Shown here one piece after another: positions 39,161 through 46,686 of a DNA stretch of 64,000 nt; position 1 is the stretch's first letter, and each line of letters begins with the position of its first letter. The stretch covers positions 2,494 to 66,493 of the forward strand of contig CAYXXU010000009.1 in NCBI GenBank assembly GCA_964469155.1, in the 5' to 3' direction. Origin of the DNA: an uncultured Bacteroidales bacterium (GTDB lineage: Bacteria; Bacteroidota; Bacteroidia; Bacteroidales; CAIWKO01). The notes under the pieces were generated by a model. The model was not told where the DNA came from. It ran no database searches and worked only from the letters and a program-made list of their open reading frames with translations. Both the position numbers and the translations under genes were made by a program.

Positions 39161-40640
39161 ACTGTTATCCTCCTTTAAAAAATGGTTACTGGTTGTTATT
39201 CGCTTCTATAGAAAAAGTGCTGTCACACCTACAAATATTATAGAGGAATCTTTACAAAGACAATACAGTGAATATAATGTACAACGCTTTTATGGCCCTC
39301 AAAAATATTTTTGTTATGCTCCTTTTGGGAGTATGTTCATTAGCTATAGTGGCAGGGTGTCACCATGTTATGCCTGTAAAAATGAGGAATCGCTTCAAAG
39401 CAGGTCTTTAGATGAAATCTGGAATGGCCCTGTTTTTTCTGAACTGAGAAATCAATTTAAAACCGGAATCGTTCCGGAAGCCTGTTCTTTCTGCAAGGAC
39501 CATCTGCTTCAAAAAAACTATGGAAGTATTTTAGCCAACAAATATGACCACTATCTTTTATCGGCCGTTGGCAATCCGGTAATTGCCGAACTGGAATTAT
39601 CAAACCTATGCAACCTGGAATGCATTATGTGTTCTGGAAACCTTTCATCGGGCATACGGAAAAACAGGGAACAGTTGCCCCCTGTTATAAACCAACTCCC
39701 CGCAGATTTTATTCATCAGTTCGAAAAGTTTATTCCCAAACTAAAAACCATTGAATTGACAGGGGGCGACCCCTTCCTTATAGATGAATACTACCAGATA
39801 TTAAATGAAATTGAGCGATCAAATCCCAAAATTGAGGTGTTAATAACTACCAATGCAAATACCATAACCCCGAAAACGGAGGCATTATTAAAAAAAAGAC
39901 TCCTTTTAAGCTTTAATATATCCATCGATTCCCTGGATGAAATCATTTATGCCGAAATCCGCCGCAAAGGATCACTCAAAACCGTCATGAGAAACATTGA
40001 GTATTTTTCGGAATACACAAAAAAGAATAACACATCACTTGGGTTTTTAGTATGTCCGCTGAAACAGAACTGGAAAGAACTTCCATCGTTTGTTGATTTT
40101 GCCAATAAATATCATGCGACACTTAGTTATCATGTAGTTTTCAAACCTTCAGAGCATGCTTTATGGTCATATTCTTCAGCAACATTACATGAAATTTATC
40201 TCTACTTAGCGTCCTTTTCATTTATAGGTAATGATTTTAACAGCAATATCAATGCCCGCAGTTATAATGCACTGGTAATTTTAATAGAATCATGGTATAA
40301 GAAGGCGATTACACGGGAAGCAAAATATCAAAATCTGATATTTGATTTGCAAAAACAGGTTGAGGGAGCTAAAAGATCTTTGCGAACCAACTTAAACGAT
40401 GATTACCTGTTCCATAAAATCGAAAAGACTATAGGCTTATTAAATATTTCTGAATTCCCCGAATTGGTTTTTCTTGAATTATATAAGAAAACAAAAACGG
40501 AAATAGAAGAGGGATTAAGGCAATTTTCGGATGAAGAATTAATTCGAAAACTGCAACTTTATCATCAGGAGCAATATTCTGCTTACTTTTATGACTTACA
40601 ACTGAGTGATAACGATAAATATTTAAACAATTCCCTGTAA
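39153..40640 (+). CDS. radical SAM protein with N-terminal twitch/SPASM-like Cys motif (family copy 8 of 9)
   Basis: I prefer the ATG at 39153 (MSELLSSF) to the track start at 39138. CYAPFGSMFISYSGRVSPC, ACSFC, SNLCNLECIMC, TGGDPFL, TTNAN, ISIDS, HALWSY. Confidence 0.9.
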   Translation: MSELLSSFKKWLLVVIRFYRKSAVTPTNIIEESLQRQYSEYNVQRFYGPQKYFCYAPFGSMFISYSGRVSPCYACKNEESLQSRSLDEIWNGPVFSELRNQFKTGIVPEACSFCKDHLLQKNYGSILANKYDHYLLSAVGNPVIAELELSNLCNLECIMCSGNLSSGIRKNREQLPPVINQLPADFIHQFEKFIPKLKTIELTGGDPFLIDEYYQILNEIERSNPKIEVLITTNANTITPKTEALLKKRLLLSFNISIDSLDEIIYAEIRRKGSLKTVMRNIEYFSEYTKKNNTSLGFLVCPLKQNWKELPSFVDFANKYHATLSYHVVFKPSEHALWSYSSATLHEIYLYLASFSFIGNDFNSNINARSYNALVILIESWYKKAITREAKYQNLIFDLQKQVEGAKRSLRTNLNDDYLFHKIEKTIGLLNISEFPELVFLELYKKTKTEIEEGLRQFSDEELIRKLQLYHQEQYSAYFYDLQLSDNDKYLNNSL

Positions 40641-40644
40641 GTCC

Positions 40645-41847
40645 ATGAAAAAGGAAAATGGATTCGTATATGTTGTTTGCGGAGGCGATAAACACATCAA
40701 TACTCTTAATACGTCAATAAAATATCTAAAGAGATTTTCGAAAAATAAAATAATCGTTATTACTGATTCTTCCCGAAACCAAATCAAAATAGCACATGAT
40801 TTAATTATTGACATTAAAACCGATTCGAAATACACCCACCATCAGGCGGCTATTTTTCTGAAAACATCGGTTCACAAATATCTTGACATGGATAATGCCT
40901 TGTATTGTTATCTGGATTCTGATGTGATCGCTTTATCAGAAGAAGTGGATGAAGTTTTTAACCAGACTTTTGACACCATAGGATTTTGTCCGGACAATAT
41001 TACTTTTGATTATTTTAGTCCTTATGCCATGAATTGCAGCTGCATTGATGAAAGTATCCAAAACCGGGAAAAATTGATGCGCACCTCTGAAGAATATGAT
41101 AAATTGCATGGGGAATGGTCCTCGTTTATAAAAGAAAATGGTGGAACTGTTTTAAATGACAAACTTGAAAAAATAAAAAAACCGTTGCCTGAAAACTGGG
41201 GGAAACTTGTCTGGTTCCAAATTCAGAAAACATTGCCATTTTGTAAAACCATCCGTCTGTTTGATCATCTTATGGATAAAAAAAGTAAACAATGGAAAAA
41301 CAAAGAGGGAAAGGTGGTTCTTTATCCTGTTGAATCGTATGAAAGTTTTATCCATAGCCACACCGGGTTTGTTTATCACAAAAATGATAACTTTTGGAGC
41401 AAGGCAGACGACCCATATGATGTTACCATTCCGCGTTGTGGGCATTTGCATAAAGCCATCAGCGAGACATTTGGGGTAAATATTTCTCCTGTATACTGGC
41501 AACATCCTAATGGGGGGGTATTTTTATTTGATGCAGGGTCGTCTGATTTTCTGAACTTTTGGCATGAAAATACCATAGAGATATTCAGTAACTCAACATG
41601 GAAAATCAGGGATCAGGGAACATTAGCTTATGCTTTCTGGAATTTTTCGCTTCAAAAAAGATCATATCTCCCCAAAGAATTTAATTTTATTGCGGACTAT
41701 TATTCGAAAAACTCAGTTCTTGATTATGATGGAACTTTTAATATTAATGGGAGAAAAATCAAACCCCATTTTATTCACATATTTCATCACTGGGACGACA
41801 AAGATTGGCCTGTATGGAACTCTATTCTTTCATTTTTACATAAATAG
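40645..41847 (+). CDS. hypothetical protein, possible GT-A fold nucleotide-sugar transferase
   Basis: 400 aa. N-terminal FVYVVCGGDKHINTLNTSIKYLKRFS...IIVITD and YCYLDSDVIAL (DxD-like) resemble GT8-like/GT-A enzymes. The rest is unrecognised. It sits inside the rSAM array with 4-nt and 1-nt gaps. Confidence 0.35.
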   Translation: MKKENGFVYVVCGGDKHINTLNTSIKYLKRFSKNKIIVITDSSRNQIKIAHDLIIDIKTDSKYTHHQAAIFLKTSVHKYLDMDNALYCYLDSDVIALSEEVDEVFNQTFDTIGFCPDNITFDYFSPYAMNCSCIDESIQNREKLMRTSEEYDKLHGEWSSFIKENGGTVLNDKLEKIKKPLPENWGKLVWFQIQKTLPFCKTIRLFDHLMDKKSKQWKNKEGKVVLYPVESYESFIHSHTGFVYHKNDNFWSKADDPYDVTIPRCGHLHKAISETFGVNISPVYWQHPNGGVFLFDAGSSDFLNFWHENTIEIFSNSTWKIRDQGTLAYAFWNFSLQKRSYLPKEFNFIADYYSKNSVLDYDGTFNINGRKIKPHFIHIFHHWDDKDWPVWNSILSFLHK

Positions 41848-41848
41848 A

Positions 41849-43372
41849 ATGAACAATATCTCGGGAAAAATACTTTACTCATCGGCAAAGGCCGTGAATC
41901 ATTTCAGAAGTGTCTTTTATAAAAAATACAGCCCAATTGGTGAAAATAAATCCCTTGAAAAAGAACGCATCCATTACTACAATAAACATCGGCCTTTTGG
42001 TCCATTACCCAAATTATGTTATGCTCCCTGGACCAATCTGTTTTTTAATACCGATGGCAAAGCATCTGTATGCTGCAAGAACACCAAAGTGCTTATGGGA
42101 GAATATCCAGCTTCTTCGATTCACGATATCTGGTTTAATTCGGGAGTGAATGATCTCAGAAAAAAAATTCAATGTAATGACGTTTCTTTTGGTTGTTATA
42201 AATGCAGGGATTCTATTACTCAGAAGAATTTTAGCACCTTAACTTCAACACAATTCGACAAATATGGATTATTTCCTCTGTCGAAATACCCTCGTATTAT
42301 TGAATTTGAACTAAGCAACCGTTGTAATTTGGAATGCATTATGTGTTCTGAAAGAGTTTCCTCGGCTATTGCATTGGCCAAGAACCAAAATCCTAATATC
42401 GAATCAAGATATGATCAGTCATTTATTCACCAACTTAAAGAGTTCATACCACATCTAGATAAAGCAAAGTTTTCAGGTGGTGAACCATTTTTAATACCTA
42501 TTTATTATAAAATTTGGGAAGAAATCATAAAACTGAATCCTTCAACAAAAATATTTGTGCAGACAAATGGTACGATCTTAAATGAAGAAATCAAAAAAAT
42601 GGTGCGTAAGCTTCATTTTCGTATAAATATATCACTTGATTCTGTCGATAAGAACAATTATGAATTTATTCGTAAAAATGCTAGTTTCGAATTAACCATG
42701 AGTAACATTGCCTGGTATGGAAAAAACACAACCCAACTTGGTATCCTTACAACTCCATTCCGGCAAAACTGGCATGACGTTCCTGATATTATCCGTTTTT
42801 GCAATAAAAACCAATATCATTTCAATATTAGTCCTGTTTATCAACCTAAAGAGTTGGCACTATGGAGTCTCGATATCAGATCACAAGACGAGATTATAAA
42901 TTTTTATCAATCAGAATCATTATCCTCAGGAAACTGGCTTGAAAAGAAGAATAAACAAGTTTTTCAGGAGTTAATCAATTCAATCAAAGATTGGAGAACC
43001 CGAAAAGTTCAGAATGATAACTTTGATCAGGATTTCACAAACAATATTGTTGAACAGGAAAAAGCAGAAGGTTTGCTTGTCAAGAAAAAATTCTCATTAC
43101 AAGCTATTAATCTTCTCATGAATGAATGTATTGAAAACTTAATAAAGACAGGTCTCTCATCTGAAGAAATAAATACATTAACATGTATGAGTGAAAATGT
43201 AAGAAAAGAACAATATCCGTCATTACCATCATTCTCCATCTACTTAAAGCTAAAAGAAATCAAGCCCACTGATATTTTGAATGTAATACGGACTACAGCT
43301 TCTGAGGGTATTTATAAGAAAATAGGATTGTTATATGAGTCAATAATTGAAGATTATGAAATTGACTATTAA
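41849..43372 (+). CDS. radical SAM protein with N-terminal twitch/SPASM-like Cys motif (family copy 9 of 9)
   Basis: I prefer the ATG at 41849 (MNNISGK); the track start at 41630 overlaps the upstream gene by 218 nt. CYAPWTNLFFNTDGKASVCC, GCYKC, SNRCNLECIMC, SGGEPFL, QTNGT, ISLDS, LALWSL. Confidence 0.9.
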   Translation: MNNISGKILYSSAKAVNHFRSVFYKKYSPIGENKSLEKERIHYYNKHRPFGPLPKLCYAPWTNLFFNTDGKASVCCKNTKVLMGEYPASSIHDIWFNSGVNDLRKKIQCNDVSFGCYKCRDSITQKNFSTLTSTQFDKYGLFPLSKYPRIIEFELSNRCNLECIMCSERVSSAIALAKNQNPNIESRYDQSFIHQLKEFIPHLDKAKFSGGEPFLIPIYYKIWEEIIKLNPSTKIFVQTNGTILNEEIKKMVRKLHFRINISLDSVDKNNYEFIRKNASFELTMSNIAWYGKNTTQLGILTTPFRQNWHDVPDIIRFCNKNQYHFNISPVYQPKELALWSLDIRSQDEIINFYQSESLSSGNWLEKKNKQVFQELINSIKDWRTRKVQNDNFDQDFTNNIVEQEKAEGLLVKKKFSLQAINLLMNECIENLIKTGLSSEEINTLTCMSENVRKEQYPSLPSFSIYLKLKEIKPTDILNVIRTTASEGIYKKIGLLYESIIEDYEIDY

Positions 43373-43420
43373 TTACTTGTGGTTATTATTTCCCCCAGAA
43401 CCAATTCTAAAATTATAAAG

Positions 43421-43930
43421 ATGAATATTATACTTATTGATGAAAAAGACAACATTACCGGATACAATGAAAAGTCATTGGTACATAGAGAGGGACTATT
43501 GCATAGGGCATTTTCCATTTTTATTCTTAATTCAAAAAAGGAGTTGTTGATTCAGCAAAGAAAACATGATAAATACCATTCCGGGGGATTATGGTCCAAT
43601 ACATGCTGCGGACATTTTACTTCAGGAATAGATATGGTAAAACAGGCCGAAAAACGTTTGCATGAAGAAATGGGAATTCATTGTCAGTTGAATTGGATTT
43701 TTAATTACAGATATTCCGTATTGCTTAATAATGGACTGAAAGAGAATGAACTTGTTTATGCTTATTCAGGATTTTGTGATGAAAATCCACTCCCTGATCG
43801 GGAGGAAGTTAATGATTGGAGGTGGGTGAATTTAATTAGTTTGAAGGAAGATCAGAATCAGAATCCCCAACAATATACATTTTGGTTTACCTACTCTTTT
43901 AATGATCTTTACAGTAATATTTATAAATAA
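43421..43930 (+). CDS. idi: isopentenyl-diphosphate delta-isomerase, type 1 (Nudix fold)
   Basis: I prefer the ATG at 43421 (MNIILIDEKD). LHRAFSIFILNSKKELLIQQRKHDKYHSGGLWSNTCCGH is the hallmark IDI-1 block, including the catalytic Cys context. Confidence 0.85.
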   Translation: MNIILIDEKDNITGYNEKSLVHREGLLHRAFSIFILNSKKELLIQQRKHDKYHSGGLWSNTCCGHFTSGIDMVKQAEKRLHEEMGIHCQLNWIFNYRYSVLLNNGLKENELVYAYSGFCDENPLPDREEVNDWRWVNLISLKEDQNQNPQQYTFWFTYSFNDLYSNIYK

Positions 43931-43952
43931 TAGGGGATATTATCCGGCACCA

Positions 43953-45176
43953 ATGATCTTTAAAAAAAAGAATACACATTTCATAGTTTTCAGTTCTCTA
44001 CTGATAATTTGTATTATAGCCCATGTGTTGTTTTTTATTATTTCCGGATCGTATTTGATCACCTCAGGTTTGTTTGTTATTATACTTATTTCTCTGTTAA
44101 TATATTATCTTATTGGTTTTTTATCATCCGTTTTTGGGTTGAAAAGGAAACTAAATGAAACGCGTCTTATTGTTTTTACGACAGCCATTTGTTTATGTAT
44201 TATTGAATTATTATTTGTGCTTACCGGTTATAAAAGCACTAGTGTGGAAAAAAGAAATCTTTTTTACTATTCTTCACAATATGATCCTGTTAAAACAAAA
44301 CGTTTTCATTTATGGAAAGAAGACCATCCCTTAAAGACAGCAGAATATTGCTATTACCGGACTTTAAATTCAGACAGCTTGTCAGATAAAGAACATGTTG
44401 TTGAAAAAAATATAAATGAATATAGAATTATAGGGTTAGGCGATTCATTTACTGAGGGAGATGGGACTGATGCTGATTCTACCTGGCTTAAATTTCTGGA
44501 AAGAAATGTTGCAATAAAATATCCTTTAAAAAAGCAGCTCACTTATTTTAATGCAGGTGTTTGTGGAAGTGACCCTTGTTTTGAATATATCCTACTAAGA
44601 GAAAGATTGTTGAAATATAATCCGGATTTGGTGATATTGGCCATTAATATTTCAGATATTAATGATGTTATTATACGCGGCGGAATGGAACGTTTTAAAC
44701 CGGATGGTAGTGTTCATTATAAGAATGCCCCCTGGTGGGAACCCCTTTATGCCATGAGCCATATTTCGCGTTTGTTTTTTTCAGGACTAGGCTATAACGA
44801 ACTTCTTTTTAAAGAAAATGAAAGTAATTTTAATAAGGCCAAACAGAAAATCACAGAGATAATTCTTATTTTTAAAGAATTTTCCGAAAGAAATCACTTT
44901 AAGCTAATTGTAATATTTCATCCTTATCAGGGGGAAATTAACACGAACCATTTGGAATTACATAATGTAATGGAAAAAGTTTCAGAAGAATACAAAATTG
45001 ATGTTTTGAACATGCCGGAATATTTCAAAGAAAAAGAAAAAATAAATTCTGCTAACAGTAGTGAATATTTCTGGAAGTATGATGGCCACCACAATGCAAA
45101 AGGTTATGCTGCCTTTGCCCGTGGCGTGGAGTGGAAATTAAAACAAATGGGAGTTATTGACTCCTTATCGAAATGA
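43953..45176 (+). CDS. membrane-anchored SGNH/GDSL hydrolase family protein
   Basis: I prefer the ATG at 43953. Three N-terminal TM segments, block I IIGLGDSFTEGDG, block V YDGHHNAKGY. Confidence 0.7.
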   Translation: MIFKKKNTHFIVFSSLLIICIIAHVLFFIISGSYLITSGLFVIILISLLIYYLIGFLSSVFGLKRKLNETRLIVFTTAICLCIIELLFVLTGYKSTSVEKRNLFYYSSQYDPVKTKRFHLWKEDHPLKTAEYCYYRTLNSDSLSDKEHVVEKNINEYRIIGLGDSFTEGDGTDADSTWLKFLERNVAIKYPLKKQLTYFNAGVCGSDPCFEYILLRERLLKYNPDLVILAINISDINDVIIRGGMERFKPDGSVHYKNAPWWEPLYAMSHISRLFFSGLGYNELLFKENESNFNKAKQKITEIILIFKEFSERNHFKLIVIFHPYQGEINTNHLELHNVMEKVSEEYKIDVLNMPEYFKEKEKINSANSSEYFWKYDGHHNAKGYAAFARGVEWKLKQMGVIDSLSK

Positions 45177-45256
45177 TCAAAAACATCTGGTTCAATATTC
45201 TTTTTTATCATAAATGTAAAATTTTTACTAATTTTAATGGCAAAAAAAACAGGACT

Positions 45257-45264
45257 TATGTTTG
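45257..45264 (+). promoter_or_regulatory. candidate -7 box TATGTTTG
   Basis: TAnnTTTG match 62 nt upstream of the ATG at 45326. Confidence 0.3.
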
Positions 45265-45325
45265 ATAATAAATCAAAATATCCTAACCCCCGTCTTCTTC
45301 TATAATAACACCTGATAATCTTCAG

Positions 45326-46555
45326 ATGAGTCCACGGCAAATAAAATATTTGGATTATTGGTTTGGTGTTCCTTTTGTATTTATGCTCACTCTGTGTAGG
45401 TACTTTTTTTTAATGTTCACATCAAAGAATCATTTTCCTTGTAAACCTGAAAAAATAATTTTCATTAAACTCATAGAGCAGGGTGCCACCGTATTGGCAT
45501 ATTCCAGTATACAAAAAGCAGTAGATCTGGTAGGGGCAAAAAATGTTTATTTTCTGGTTTTCGAGGAAAACAAGCCGATTTTGGAGATTATTGACATCAT
45601 CCCTGAAGAAAATATCCTCACCTTAAGGAATAAGGGACTCTTTCAGTTTTCACTGGATATCATAAAATCGTTGTTGAGCATTAACAGGATCAGGATCGAC
45701 ACGGCAATTGACATGGAATTTTTCTCCAGGTTCTCAGCCATTCTTACTTATTTAAGCGGTGCAAAAAACAGGGTGGGCAATCATCGTTATTTAAGCGAAC
45801 TGCCCTATAGGGGGGATTTAATGACCCATAAAATACAGTACAATCCTTTTCTTCATGTTTCTGTAGCCTACCAATTAATGGTTGAGTCACTAAACTCAAT
45901 ACGTAAAGATGTTCCTTTGCCCAAAATTAACATTGAAAATGTAATAACTACTGCAAAGAAATATTGGCCACCGGATCAGGAAATAGAAAATATTAAGGAT
46001 GTCATAAAGTCCGAATTAAAAGGTGAAATCATATTTCCTGTAATTATTTTAAATCCCAACACCAGCGATATGATTCCAATAAGAAAATGGGCCAAAGAGA
46101 ATTTTATTAGTCTGGCCCAAAAACTTTTGAATTATTTTGAAAATAAAACCACTATTGTCATTACAGGTAGCAATCGTGAAGGTGCAGAAGGAGAAAACAT
46201 TTGTCAGAAAATCGGGTCCAACTGCGTAGTAAATCTGGCCGGGAAAACCACTCTTAAGGAATTAATGGCTCTGTATTCAGTGAGTGATGCTTTGATAACC
46301 AATGATAGTGGCCCCGGTCATTTTGCCTCTATGACTGATATAACCGACCTGGTTTTGTTTGGTCCGGAAACCCCCAAATTGTATGGGCCTATCGGGAAAA
46401 ATGTTGTTTGCATTGAATCGCATTTAGGTTGCAGCCCCTGTGTGAATCCGTTTAATCACAGGTTTTCACCCTGCAATAATAATCTTTGTATGCAATCTAT
46501 TACAGTTGAAATAGTTCTTAATAAATTAATCGAAGCATTTGCTTGTAAAACATAA
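45326..46555 (+). CDS. glycosyltransferase family 9 (heptosyltransferase-like)
   Basis: 409 aa. NLAGKTTLKELMALYSVSDALITNDSGPGHFAS matches the GKTSL.EL.AL...A.L.I.NDSGPMH block of GT9. Confidence 0.8.
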   Translation: MSPRQIKYLDYWFGVPFVFMLTLCRYFFLMFTSKNHFPCKPEKIIFIKLIEQGATVLAYSSIQKAVDLVGAKNVYFLVFEENKPILEIIDIIPEENILTLRNKGLFQFSLDIIKSLLSINRIRIDTAIDMEFFSRFSAILTYLSGAKNRVGNHRYLSELPYRGDLMTHKIQYNPFLHVSVAYQLMVESLNSIRKDVPLPKINIENVITTAKKYWPPDQEIENIKDVIKSELKGEIIFPVIILNPNTSDMIPIRKWAKENFISLAQKLLNYFENKTTIVITGSNREGAEGENICQKIGSNCVVNLAGKTTLKELMALYSVSDALITNDSGPGHFASMTDITDLVLFGPETPKLYGPIGKNVVCIESHLGCSPCVNPFNHRFSPCNNNLCMQSITVEIVLNKLIEAFACKT

Positions 46556-46686
46556 GATCAATATGATAACGTTTATAATAAATAAAACGAAAATAATTAA
46601 TCAGCTTTTCTTACATTTTATAAAGCATTTAAATTGTTTATAATTGTGTCAATTTCATTGCATTTTATTCTTTACCCTGTATTTTT

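Noticed and set aside
41630-41848. 580-aa version of the last rSAM paralog, starting at 41630
   Set aside because: The extension overlaps the upstream gene by 218 nt and has no similarity to the N-termini of the other eight paralogs. The ATG at 41849, 1 nt after the upstream stop, gives a protein collinear with its paralogs.
32135-43372. The tandem rSAM array as an assembly artefact or a recent amplification
   Set aside because: The copies differ at most positions, both at the DNA level and in protein sequence. They also have different lengths and unrelated C-termini. Collapsed or expanded repeats would be near-identical.
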